Positions 18,259-27,618 of a stretch of DNA of 64,000 nt are shown in pieces. Every line of letters begins with the position of its first letter. Position 1 is the stretch's first letter. The notes below the pieces were generated by a model that saw only the letters and a list, made by a program, of their open reading frames with translations, searched no databases and was not told the origin of the DNA. The DNA is from a bacterium (GTDB lineage: Bacteria > Synergistota > GBS-1): the NCBI GenBank assembly GCA_030153785.1, contig JASKLF010000005.1:1-64000 (forward strand). The letters are read 5' to 3'. The translations under genes were made by a program, and so were the position numbers.

Positions 18259-20406
18259 AAAGATGGGAACCAGGAATATTAAATAGGAGAGGCCTGTTCC
18301 GCTTCCCGATGCTACACATCCTCCCAAAAGCGGGTTTTCCTCTTTTCCCTCTCCATTTAAGGTAACATAGGATATGCTTTCTGAGGGATCATTGCTCTGA
18401 ATGACCACATAGGCGTTGTAAGTTTTATCATCCTCAGGTTTGAAGGAGACTTGTAGCTCTGCTGATTCTCCAGCGGGAACGGAAAGCGTAGTTGGGGTTA
18501 TTGAGAAAGCCGAGCTATCTTCTCCTCCCACGCTTGCTTCCACGTTTAGTGTGCCTGTTCCCGTGTTCGTGATGGTGATGGTTAAGGTTTTTGTCTCATT
18601 TATCTTTACCTCTCCAAAATCTAACTTGCTGGGAGTTATTTCTATGGCTGGGATTTCGGTTCTCTCACCGAGAATAATTTTCCCATAGTTGGATGGCGAT
18701 AAATGTCCGTAATCAAGGCCTGTTAGGTCTTCAGGCCATCTGATGTCATCTTGGGATTTTCCGGCATCGTAAACGAAAATGTAAAGGTGGACCTCGTCAC
18801 CTGAAACTCGGTTCCATCGCAGGGTGTAATCAATTTTTAGCTCGTATTGCAAATGGCCTGTAGAAAGGGATGTGGCGAAGCTGAGCTCGTTGCTGGAGGG
18901 AGTTTCATAGGTCTCAGCTATATTCGGCATACCGGAGTTTCCCCATATGGCTCTAAAAATCCCTTCCCAGCTTACTCCATTGTATCTCACCCAGTAATTT
19001 CCCTCGTTGCCCTTGCTTTGAGGCCAGCTCCAATCGCCATCCGTGTCGAAGTAAATTCCGATTCTGTCATCCTGATTTAGGGTATAATCTTTAGGGTCAT
19101 CTACCGCTATGTAGAGGTATTTTTCATCGCACTTAAGGTAGATTTTAGCACCGTTGTTTTCTATGATTTGGGCATCTGCCCATTCGGCCGTATCTATGAT
19201 CCCGTCTATCTCTACACTGCTTTGGCTCATCGGAACGTTGATTTGGGGCGCTGTTTCCCTTAGGTAGTTTTTAAGAAAGTCGTTCCATGAAGATAATGCC
19301 GTGAAGGCTCTTCTTGTGTCACCGTAAAAGGGATTATATTCCCTTCCTTGGGGGAAGTATATGGAAATGCCCGAGGCTTCGCTTACGCTTTGTGAGTTAT
19401 ACTTTTTGAAAACCGCATCCTCTACCTTGCTTTTAAGGTTTAGATCGTTTGTGAAGCTTCCCAAGTCTATCTGATATTGAAAGTCCTCTTGAAGAGGGAA
19501 GCTTAAGACGCTTTCCCTTAAGGTTCTTATTGAGTTCCAGTTTCCGGTCGTGGAGACCTCTTCGGTAAAGGAATTCAAAGCATCTATTACTTGACTTAAC
19601 TTGTTCACCTCCACAGCTGAAAGGGTTACGGGGAGAAACCCGTTTTTATAGGCGGTTTCGTATTTTTCCACGATGGTTTCGCACAACACCCTTGGTGTCA
19701 TGGATGGGTCAGAGACCAGGGCGCTTATTATGTCGTCGTAAGGAAAGCCGTCGGCGGGAACTTCGGCCTCTGAGCCTACAAAGTAGTCCGCTATCCCAAG
19801 AAGCTCGGCCATGATTTCTATGGTTCCCATCAGGCAAGCATCCATTGCAACTACATCAATGTGTTTACCTTGGAGAGCCTCTTTTATCTCATATGCCCAC
19901 AGCACATCGCTTTCGGTATCATCTATAACTACCCATTTTAGTGTGGGGTTACCTTCCTTTTCCTCTTTGCCTTTCCATCCTTGTCCATGGTTCCATATCA
20001 CGAGGATATAATTATTTGCTGGATAGTTTTTGATTGCCCATTCTACGAAACTTTTAAGTTCCTCCGGGTCGCCCATGTTTACCTCTCTTCCGCCGTTCCC
20101 ATCTCCCCAGTTTGATATGGCATTGTCTTCCGTTGGTGTCATTCCGCGAGTTACATAAAACCTGTGGGCTTTTGTCCAGTTTCCATAGCTTGAGTCGTAT
20201 CCAGGTGCTCTATCGAGCTCTACGACTATATTAACATTTGAATTTGAACCTACCGATGAGAGTTCCAAAAAGTCCTGAATTGCATAAGGTTCAAGGTTAT
20301 TATCTCCTGCCATGTAAATCATGACCGTCCAGTTTGAGAGTCCAAAGGCATATCCGGGAAAGAAGGTCAAAAATAAGAAAAGCATTACCTTCCAAGTTTT
20401 TTTCAC
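18190..20406 (-). CDS. Secreted clostripain-family (C11) cysteine peptidase with CBM9/DOMON-like and Ig-like domains and a C-terminal GGC sorting tail
   Basis: WTVMIYMAGDNNL, WNHGQGW (His) and DACLMG (Cys); IDGIID...W domain; LDFGEV Ig domain; GGCVASG followed by a hydrophobic tail. Confidence 0.8.
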   Translation of the reverse strand: MKKTWKVMLFLFLTFFPGYAFGLSNWTVMIYMAGDNNLEPYAIQDFLELSSVGSNSNVNIVVELDRAPGYDSSYGNWTKAHRFYVTRGMTPTEDNAISNWGDGNGGREVNMGDPEELKSFVEWAIKNYPANNYILVIWNHGQGWKGKEEKEGNPTLKWVVIDDTESDVLWAYEIKEALQGKHIDVVAMDACLMGTIEIMAELLGIADYFVGSEAEVPADGFPYDDIISALVSDPSMTPRVLCETIVEKYETAYKNGFLPVTLSAVEVNKLSQVIDALNSFTEEVSTTGNWNSIRTLRESVLSFPLQEDFQYQIDLGSFTNDLNLKSKVEDAVFKKYNSQSVSEASGISIYFPQGREYNPFYGDTRRAFTALSSWNDFLKNYLRETAPQINVPMSQSSVEIDGIIDTAEWADAQIIENNGAKIYLKCDEKYLYIAVDDPKDYTLNQDDRIGIYFDTDGDWSWPQSKGNEGNYWVRYNGVSWEGIFRAIWGNSGMPNIAETYETPSSNELSFATSLSTGHLQYELKIDYTLRWNRVSGDEVHLYIFVYDAGKSQDDIRWPEDLTGLDYGHLSPSNYGKIILGERTEIPAIEITPSKLDFGEVKINETKTLTITITNTGTGTLNVEASVGGEDSSAFSITPTTLSVPAGESAELQVSFKPEDDKTYNAYVVIQSNDPSESISYVTLNGEGKEENPLLGGCVASGSGTGLSYLIFLVPIFLVSSLSKKNNKKGPDHYLDIKP

Positions 20407-20419
20407 TGATAATCCCTCC

Positions 20420-20893
20420 TTAATAGGTTAAGATAATTTTTCTGTAAATTGCTCCTCCATATTTAATTTCGACTTCAACCCCGTCGGGTTTATCGCCGGG
20501 GGTTTCCCACGCTTCAAGGAAGCTTTTGTTTTTAACGAATCTGAATGAGATACTGAAATCTTTGTCCTCTATGATAACTTCTTCATTTCTTAAGAGCTTG
20601 CCGTTCTTAAGTTCGTAATCTACCTTTTCTAAGCCCTCTTTGCCAACTTTTAAAAAGGAAAGCCTCGTTTTCTCTCCTACGAAGTTTAGACCCGTTTGGG
20701 TTTGAAAGGAGGATCTCAAATCGCTGGAGAGAAGCTCAAGGATTCCCCTAACTACTTGGTTTTCCAAGGCCACGCTTTCGGAAAACTCTCTACTTCTTGT
20801 TGTTCCCACGAGGAGCCCCAGGAGGCTTCCGCCGATGAAGGCGGCAATGGCCAAGGCCACAAGAAGCTCTATAAGCGTCAAACCCTTTCTCAT
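20420..20893 (-). CDS. Type II secretion/type IV pilin-like protein (GspJ-like)
   Basis: MRKG-LTLIELLVALAI prepilin cleavage/methylation motif. Confidence 0.8.
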   Translation of the reverse strand: MRKGLTLIELLVALAIAAFIGGSLLGLLVGTTRSREFSESVALENQVVRGILELLSSDLRSSFQTQTGLNFVGEKTRLSFLKVGKEGLEKVDYELKNGKLLRNEEVIIEDKDFSISFRFVKNKSFLEAWETPGDKPDGVEVEIKYGGAIYRKIILTY

Positions 20894-21003
20894 AGTAAGA
20901 TTATATCAAAAACTCCCCTCTTCATTTTTGCAAGGTTTATTGAAGCGATAATGAGAACAAAAATGTTCATAAATTCTTTTATTCTTTTGTTTTAATTTAT
21001 GGC

Positions 21004-21032
21004 TTGACATTGAGAACAGAATATGTTACCTT
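21004..21032 (+). promoter_or_regulatory. Probable promoter of the cupin-iolN operon
   Basis: TTGACA-17 nt-TACCTT. Confidence 0.45.
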
Positions 21033-21139
21033 TAGGTTGGTAGGTAGTCTTCAGCGAGTTCGTGAAAGGTTTTATGGGTATGGAAAATTTAATTCATTTT
21101 TCATTGGCGTAAAATCTTTGAGGAAAGGGGTAGATAAGG

Positions 21140-21499
21140 ATGGCAAAGTTTACGGTGCATGAAAGCGAAGTTCAGGGAGTGAAGAAGGATCCACCAAGAG
21201 TCTCGAAGGTGCTTGTGTGTAATAAAACTGTTGGTGCAACGAAGATTTCTATGGGTGTAAACGTTACAGAGGTAGGAAGCAGAATTCCTGCTCATGCGCA
21301 CGATGGTCACGAAGAAGCCATGTTTATTATCTCTGGTAGGGGCAAATTGATTGTTGAGGGGCATGGCGAGTATGAGCTTACGCCTGGAACGGCAATTTTT
21401 GCTCCCTCTGGAGTTAAGCACGAGATTATAAACACAGGGAATGAACCCTTAAAGCTTGTTTGGGCTTATTCTCCGCCATTACCTGATCATTTAAAGTAA
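21140..21499 (+). CDS. Cupin-domain protein
   Basis: HAHDGHEE...G-G and APSGVKH cupin motifs. Confidence 0.88.
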   Translation: MAKFTVHESEVQGVKKDPPRVSKVLVCNKTVGATKISMGVNVTEVGSRIPAHAHDGHEEAMFIISGRGKLIVEGHGEYELTPGTAIFAPSGVKHEIINTGNEPLKLVWAYSPPLPDHLK

Positions 21500-21510
21500 T
21501 ATGGTTCGTG

Positions 21511-21556
21511 AAGGCCCATACGGAATACAGGTTAAGTCCGTATGGGCCTTTCTTTT
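21511..21556 (+). terminator. Intra-operon hairpin/partial terminator
   Basis: AAGGCCCATACGGA...TCCGTATGGGCCTT 14-bp stem followed by TCTTTT. Confidence 0.6.
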
Positions 21557-21600
21557 AAAAGGGAAATGATTGATTTGTCCAAGAAAGGGAGGTGCAACTT

Positions 21601-22560
21601 ATGAAATATAAATATTCTACCGGTTCCATGGATAAGGCAGATGGTATTTACTTTCAAAATATGACTTGGCGTCAGGTTGAGGAAAGGCTTAAGAAGGACG
21701 ATATAATAATCATTCCCGTAGGTAGCACGGAAAATCATGGTAAGGGTCAATGTTTTGGAGAGGATACCTTCATAGTGACGAGGATTGCTGAAACGGTTGC
21801 AAGGGAAACCGGTTGCACCGTTTCCCAGCCTATATGGTTTGGTTCCCACCCTTGGAATCAGATGGGTCAACCTGGAACTATAATCGTGCCAGATGAAGTG
21901 TTTATCCCCTATCTTATGTCTGTCATAGCGGGCTACTGGAATGCCGGTTTTAGGAAACAGATACTTCTTAACGGACATGGACAGGAGTATGTTATTCCTC
22001 TTGCCATACAGGCTTTCGGCAAGCAGTATCAGGTGCCTGCAATAGTATGTATGGTTAACTGGCCAACCGTTGCTGCAGAAGAGCTTAAGGATAAAGAGCA
22101 TGGTGGCCCATGGGAGACTCCCTTCAGACATGCTGATGAGGTTGAGGCCTCCATATCTTTGGCTCTATTCCCTGAGATGAATGAACCTGAGCATATGGAG
22201 GATTCCGAGCCTTTCGGTTTCATGCCAGAGGGGCATATAGACAAGGGTGGGGATATCTATCAATATCCTATTCCCGGACACGCTCAGATAGGCATGGGAG
22301 CTTTAGAGGTTGTTGTATACCCGCAGGGTGTGATAGGTAAACCTTCCTTGGCTAAGGCTGAGAAGGCCTACAATGCCATAGACAAGATAATAGACTACCT
22401 CATAGAGTTACACAATATTATCCTGGAGAAATTCCCGCCCGGGAAGCTTCCTGAGGCTAAGTATGTGAGTGAAAGGGACGAAAAAGAGATCGAGGCATTG
22501 CTTAAGGGACCGCGTAACGGTGGTAAGAGCCTCTACTCCTTAGGGTTACCCCGCTTTTAG
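21601..22560 (+). CDS. iolN: Creatininase-family hydrolase resembling 3-dehydro-scyllo-inosose hydrolase
   Basis: IPVGSTENHG, GEDT, NGHGQE and HADEVE motifs; from recall closely resembles Thermotoga IolN. Confidence 0.7.
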   Translation: MKYKYSTGSMDKADGIYFQNMTWRQVEERLKKDDIIIIPVGSTENHGKGQCFGEDTFIVTRIAETVARETGCTVSQPIWFGSHPWNQMGQPGTIIVPDEVFIPYLMSVIAGYWNAGFRKQILLNGHGQEYVIPLAIQAFGKQYQVPAIVCMVNWPTVAAEELKDKEHGGPWETPFRHADEVEASISLALFPEMNEPEHMEDSEPFGFMPEGHIDKGGDIYQYPIPGHAQIGMGALEVVVYPQGVIGKPSLAKAEKAYNAIDKIIDYLIELHNIILEKFPPGKLPEAKYVSERDEKEIEALLKGPRNGGKSLYSLGLPRF

Positions 22561-22609
22561 GGGGGTAACCCTCTTTTATAAATAAATTTTTGTTTAAGGG
22601 GGGATTGTT

Positions 22610-23269
22610 GTGGATTCCAGAAGGGACCAGTTTTTCCAAGTTGTTTATGAAAGAAGAAGTATAAGAGATTTTAAACCTGGTAAGGTTTCTGAAGAAGACT
22701 TAAAGTACATTTTGGAATGTGCTCGTTGGGCTCCTTCCGGGGAAAATGCTCAACCATGGAGATTCATAATTGTTAAAGACAGAGAAGGTATAAATTTCTT
22801 GGCTGAAGTATCTAAGAGGGCAAGCGGAAGAAGATTTACGGGCGAGTTTTTGAGCAAGCATATGCATGAAAGATTTAAGGGGCTTCAGGATGAACAGAAG
22901 AAACTGGCTGCCTTTAAAAAGCTAACCTCTGGTGATGTTTCTGGCTTCGTTGGTCAGGGAGACTTAATAATCGTAGTTATCGGCAGAAAGGATGTTTGGG
23001 ACCTTCCTTATGATACATCTGCGGCAATTGAAAACCTTCTCCTTGCCGTTTCAGCTGTAGGGTTAGGTGCTTGCTGGGTTATAGCTCCTTGCATAGATGT
23101 TAGAGATGAGGAAAAATTAAGGGCCTATCTTGAGGTTCCGGAGGATTACAAGATTGTGAGCATAATATCTCTTGGTTATCCTGCGAGAATGCCCAATCCT
23201 CGTCCAAGGTTACCTCTTAAGGACATTGTCTTCAGTGAAAAGTTTGGCAAACCCTATTATTCGGAGTAA
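22610..23269 (+). CDS. Nitroreductase family protein
   Basis: RRSIRDF, APSGENAQPWRF and GLGACW motifs. Confidence 0.9.
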   Translation: MDSRRDQFFQVVYERRSIRDFKPGKVSEEDLKYILECARWAPSGENAQPWRFIIVKDREGINFLAEVSKRASGRRFTGEFLSKHMHERFKGLQDEQKKLAAFKKLTSGDVSGFVGQGDLIIVVIGRKDVWDLPYDTSAAIENLLLAVSAVGLGACWVIAPCIDVRDEEKLRAYLEVPEDYKIVSIISLGYPARMPNPRPRLPLKDIVFSEKFGKPYYSE

Positions 23270-23288
23270 CTGAAAGGGGGTAAAGCAT

Positions 23289-23732
23289 ATGAGCTTGCTT
23301 GATAAATTCTTAGAGAGACTGGTTTTTGAGGTTCAGAAGGAGTTCTGGGATGAACGTGGTAAAGGTGCTCGCTACAGGCTTACAAGGGTAGGCGTTTCCT
23401 TTGCCAAGGAAAATCTTGGCGATGATATAAAGGACATGGAGAAGATCAAAAGGTGGTTAAAGGAGAGCGGTTTTTGTGGTGACGTAGAGCTTTCCGAGGA
23501 TACCTATACATTTAAAATGAAAGTGAAGGATTGTTGTTTTAAAAATATAAGGGATGCGTTCTTTAATGCCAAAATTAATCCCCTTTCCTGTCCGATAGCC
23601 AACATATTTATGTATGCGGTGGAGCTTAACACGGGTCTTGCCCCTGAGCTTCTTCCTATAGAGGTTGAGGATGGTGACTGTAAGTTAACGCTTGCTAAGA
23701 TGGGGACCTCCGAGGTTGTCCAAAGCGTTTAA
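23289..23732 (+). CDS. Hypothetical protein (Cys-containing, V4R-like)
   Basis: RBS and operon position; C...CP...C pattern. Confidence 0.5.
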   Translation: MSLLDKFLERLVFEVQKEFWDERGKGARYRLTRVGVSFAKENLGDDIKDMEKIKRWLKESGFCGDVELSEDTYTFKMKVKDCCFKNIRDAFFNAKINPLSCPIANIFMYAVELNTGLAPELLPIEVEDGDCKLTLAKMGTSEVVQSV

Positions 23733-23745
23733 GGAGGGGTTTGTT

Positions 23746-24648
23746 TTGGAAAGCAAGGTGAAGTCCTTAAGGGAAATCGTGGCTGAAATACCTGATGAAG
23801 GTGCTCACATAGCGCTTGGAGGTTTTGCCATAACGAGGAATCCTGTGGCCTTCGTCTTTGAGCTCATAAGGCAAAATAAAAGAGATTTGACCGTTTCTCA
23901 GATAGTGGCCGGGTTAGAAACCGATCTTTTAGTGGGTGCGGGTCTGGTTAAAAAGATTCAGTATAGCGGTGGTTCCTTGGATAGATTCGGGAGACTGGAG
24001 AGAATTAACGAGGCAATAAATAAGGGGTTAATAGATGCAAGGGAATATAGTGGAACGAGCATGGCGCTCAGATTCTTGGCCGGCTCCATGGGTATTCCCT
24101 TTATCCCTACGAAATATCTTCTGGGGACGGATATGCTTAACGCTCTTCTTGAAAAGAAGGATGACGCCATTAGGGTAGAAAGGTCTCCCTTTGATGGAGA
24201 AAGATACGTGTATTTAAGGGCGCTTCAGCCCGATTTTGCTGTCATTCATGCCCAATATGCCGATGAAAAGGGAAATGTTATTATAGAAGGTCCCTATTGG
24301 GATGTAGAGACGGCCAAATCGGCAAAAAAGCTTTTCGTTACGGTAGAAAAGGTGGTTTCCACGGAGTTCATTAAGAGAAACCCGGAAAAGGTAGTTATTC
24401 CAAGTTTGTATGTTTCAGCTGTAGCTGAGGTTCCCTTTGGAGCTTTTCCGTGCTCTGTATACAGATTCTATGATTATGATAAGGATATGTTGAAGGAGTA
24501 TGCTGAAGCAAGCAAGGACGAATCTAAGTTTAAGGAATTCCTTCAGGATTATGTCTTGGGAACGAAGGATTTTGAAGAATTTTTGGAGAAGGTAGGCGGT
24601 ATTAGGCGCCTCAATAAGATAAAGGCAGACCCAGTTTATGGGTATTGA
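23746..24648 (+). CDS. CoA-transferase subunit A (GctA/PcaI-like)
   Basis: LGGF, LRFLAGSMGIPF, HAQYADEKGN and PFGAFP motifs. Confidence 0.85.
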   Translation: MESKVKSLREIVAEIPDEGAHIALGGFAITRNPVAFVFELIRQNKRDLTVSQIVAGLETDLLVGAGLVKKIQYSGGSLDRFGRLERINEAINKGLIDAREYSGTSMALRFLAGSMGIPFIPTKYLLGTDMLNALLEKKDDAIRVERSPFDGERYVYLRALQPDFAVIHAQYADEKGNVIIEGPYWDVETAKSAKKLFVTVEKVVSTEFIKRNPEKVVIPSLYVSAVAEVPFGAFPCSVYRFYDYDKDMLKEYAEASKDESKFKEFLQDYVLGTKDFEEFLEKVGGIRRLNKIKADPVYGY

Positions 24649-24661
24649 GGGGTGATATAAG

Positions 24662-25423
24662 GTGTCTTTACCCTATACAACTAATGAATTAATGGCGGTT
24701 ACTGCTGCAAGGCTTTTAAGGGATAAAGAGAATGTGGTTGTCGGATTGGGATTGCCTCAGATAGCGGCTCTCCTTGCCCAGAATACTCACGCTCCGAATT
24801 TAACGATTATATATGAGATAGGCGTTATAAATCCCGAGGCCGAAGAGATGGGAGTGGGTGTGGCCGACCCCCGGCTCTGGTATAGAGCGGAGCACTTTAC
24901 AAGCTTTGTTGGCACATTAGGGTCTATTCTTCAGAAGGGCTTGGTGGATGTGGGTTTCTTGGGAGGACTTCAGGTGGATAAATACGGCAATATTAACAGC
25001 ACTTTGATTAAGACCGAAAAGGGGATTAAACATATAAATGGTAGCGGTGGCGCTGCGGATATGGCTACCTGGTCTAAAAGGCTTCTTATAATGATGAGGC
25101 ATGAAAAGAGAAAGATCGTTGAGAGCGTCGACTATTTAACGAGCGTGGGCTACTTAAGAGGCTATGAGAGTAGAAGGGAAGAAGGACTACCCATGCCTGA
25201 AGATGTAAAGATTATAACAAACCTTTGCGTGTTTGGCTTTGATGAGGAAACGCGAAGCTTAAAGCTTTTATCTATCCACCCTGGTGTGAAGCTGGAAGAT
25301 GTGCTTCAGAATACGGGCGTTCCTTTGGAGATAAGTGGCGAAGTTAAATTTACCGATGAACCCACTACGGAGGAGCTGGAATTACTAAGAAACAAGATTG
25401 ATCCTCAACGAATGTATATATGA
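24662..25423 (+). CDS. CoA-transferase subunit B (GctB/PcaJ-like)
   Basis: VGLGLP, IYEIG, GFLGGLQVDKYGNINST and GSGGAAD motifs. Confidence 0.85.
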   Translation: MSLPYTTNELMAVTAARLLRDKENVVVGLGLPQIAALLAQNTHAPNLTIIYEIGVINPEAEEMGVGVADPRLWYRAEHFTSFVGTLGSILQKGLVDVGFLGGLQVDKYGNINSTLIKTEKGIKHINGSGGAADMATWSKRLLIMMRHEKRKIVESVDYLTSVGYLRGYESRREEGLPMPEDVKIITNLCVFGFDEETRSLKLLSIHPGVKLEDVLQNTGVPLEISGEVKFTDEPTTEELELLRNKIDPQRMYI

Positions 25424-25496
25424 GGAGGTGGTGCCACGGGAGGGTCTTTTAACCGTATTTTAAAACACTAAAAACCCATAAGGGGGTGGCGTTTGC

Positions 25497-25718
25497 ATGC
25501 GTAAACTTGGTCTTGTTGGTTTGTTGGTGACTTTGGTGGTATTGGGGTTAGTATGTGCACCTTTCTCTTACGCTAAGTATCCGGAAAAACCTATCACTGT
25601 CTTTGTTGGTTTCCCAGCCGGTGGTCCCACTGATGTTATCGCTCGCGGCATATTACCCATAGTTCAGGAAAAACTCGGCGTTGGCATAGGAATTCAAAAT
25701 GTTCCGGGAGTGGTATAA
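25497..25718 (+). pseudogene. tctC: Truncated tripartite tricarboxylate transporter substrate-binding protein
   Basis: Signal peptide plus YPEKPITVFVGFPAGGPTDVIAR...NVPG, then a stop at 73 aa (family members are ~320 aa). Confidence 0.8.
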
Positions 25719-25754
25719 TGCTCCTCGAAAGGTGTTTTAAAGGAGGGAAACGAA

Positions 25755-26867
25755 ATGGAAAACTCGTTTGGAAGCATTGAAGTTAGAAAAGAAGTGCTCC
25801 AAGACTTTTGCGTTTCTTTATTAATGAGGGCCGGAGTTCCACAGAGTGATGCAGAGCTTTTTGTGGATAACTTAATTTTTTCTGAACTAAGGGGCGTGAA
25901 ATCTCACGGGATAGCTCGCCTTCCCGTTTACATAAAGAGAATTCTTTCTGGTCTCATGAATCCTAAAACGGAGATAAAAGAGGTGTCTTCAAAGGGTGCC
26001 GTTCTTCTCGTTGATGCGAATAACGGTTTGGCTCCCGTAGTGGGATGCTGGTCTATGGATAAATGTGTTGAGCTTGCTCGAATATATGGAGTTGGAGTTG
26101 TAGGGGTTAGGAACTCCAATCATTTAGGGGGTCTGGCTTATTATGTTATAAGGGCTGTTAAGGCAGGCATGATTGGCTTTGCCACCTCTAATACTGCTCC
26201 TGCCATGGCTCCTTGGGGTGGAACGAAGCCTCTTTTTGGGACTAATCCTATAGCTATTGGTATTCCTGCAAAGAATGAGTATCCCATAGTTTTGGATATG
26301 GCTACCTCTGTTGTTGCCCGCGGTAGGATAAGGCTGGCGGCTTTAAAGGGCGAAAAAATTCCATTGGGATGGGCTATAGATGAAAAGGGTCAGCCTACTG
26401 ATGATCCTGTTAAGGCTTTGAAGGGTAGCTTACTTCCTGTAGGAGGACCAAAGGGGTATGGTCTTGCCCTTATAATAGATCTGTTAAGCGGTTTAATGAC
26501 GGGTTCGGCTTTTCTTGACGAGGTAGGGGAAAACAGTGACTTCACTAAACCAACGAGAATAGGACATCTCTTTATGGCTTTAGATCCTTCCGTTTTTGTT
26601 CCGGGAGATTTTGAGGCGCTTGTCGACGATTATATAAGAAGGGTGAAGTCATCTCCGAGCAGAGAGGGGGAGAGAATTTTTATGCCGGGAGAAATCGAAT
26701 TCTTGAAATCGGCGGAAAATGAGGGGAAGGATATCCTCCTGGGAGGGGAAGTCCTTAAGGAGATAAAGGAGGTATGTGAAAAGCTTAGTGTTTCTGAGTA
26801 TTTTGAAAGGTTGCTGAGTGAAAGAAAAAGACACGAGTCTTATGGTTCTCTGCCTCAGGAGGATTAG
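25755..26867 (+). CDS. Ldh_2-family oxidoreductase (malate/L-sulfolactate/ureidoglycolate dehydrogenase-like)
   Basis: RGVKSHG, NSNHLG, GTNPIA, LDMATS and GGPKGYGL motifs. Confidence 0.88.
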   Translation: MENSFGSIEVRKEVLQDFCVSLLMRAGVPQSDAELFVDNLIFSELRGVKSHGIARLPVYIKRILSGLMNPKTEIKEVSSKGAVLLVDANNGLAPVVGCWSMDKCVELARIYGVGVVGVRNSNHLGGLAYYVIRAVKAGMIGFATSNTAPAMAPWGGTKPLFGTNPIAIGIPAKNEYPIVLDMATSVVARGRIRLAALKGEKIPLGWAIDEKGQPTDDPVKALKGSLLPVGGPKGYGLALIIDLLSGLMTGSAFLDEVGENSDFTKPTRIGHLFMALDPSVFVPGDFEALVDDYIRRVKSSPSREGERIFMPGEIEFLKSAENEGKDILLGGEVLKEIKEVCEKLSVSEYFERLLSERKRHESYGSLPQED

Positions 26868-26920
26868 TCTGGTTGATTTTTGGGAGGGGGGTAATAAGCA
26901 AGAAGTAGCAAGGGGGGATC

Positions 26921-27589
26921 GTGATGAGAAAAGGTAAAAGGGGAACGTCTTCCTCAGCTGAGGCGTTGAGTTTTGAAGAAGTCTTTAATAAGGTTTATAC
27001 TTCTTTGGTTACAGGTCATTTTCCGGAAGGGATGAGATTGAGGGAAGCTGAGCTTATGGAAAAATTTGGGGTTAGCAGGAGGATAGCAAGGAAAGTTTTA
27101 GAAAGGCTTGCCTATGAAGGGCTTGCAGTTTTAGAAGCGCGGAAAGGGGCTGTTATAGTTCCCGTTTCCAAGAAGACTTTGGCTGAGTGTTTTGAAGTCC
27201 GCGAGGGGTTAGAGATCACGGCCGTTAGGCTTGCTTGTACAAAAGCAAGCGATAAGGAGATAGCCGAGCTTGGAAAGCTTATTGACGAAATGAAAGACGC
27301 TTTAGAAAATTACGATTTTGTTCGCTATTCTGAGCTAAACAGCAAGTTTCATGATAAGATTATATCCCTTGCAAACAATTCCGTTTTGAAGCAGATTTAT
27401 GAGCGGGCAAATGTTCATCTTATAAGGTATAAGTTTCGCTCGCTTCTTACAGCAGGTAGGGCATTGGATTCCCTGCGTGAACACCAGAGGATATGGGAGG
27501 CTATCAAGGATAGGGATCTTGCCAAGGCCGAGGAGGCTATAAGAGAGCACATACAGAATATCAGCAAGAATGTGCTTTCCTCTTTTTAG
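26921..27589 (+). CDS. GntR/FadR-family regulator (FCD domain)
   Basis: N-terminal wHTH, VREGLE, FH and EH motifs. Confidence 0.88.
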   Translation: MMRKGKRGTSSSAEALSFEEVFNKVYTSLVTGHFPEGMRLREAELMEKFGVSRRIARKVLERLAYEGLAVLEARKGAVIVPVSKKTLAECFEVREGLEITAVRLACTKASDKEIAELGKLIDEMKDALENYDFVRYSELNSKFHDKIISLANNSVLKQIYERANVHLIRYKFRSLLTAGRALDSLREHQRIWEAIKDRDLAKAEEAIREHIQNISKNVLSSF

Positions 27590-27618
27590 TTTTAATCATT
27601 CAAGGAGAGGTGATGTAG

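Noticed and set aside
20952..20968. LexA (Cheo) box
   Set aside because: Spacing is GAAC-N6-GTTC rather than N4, and the downstream genes are not SOS genes
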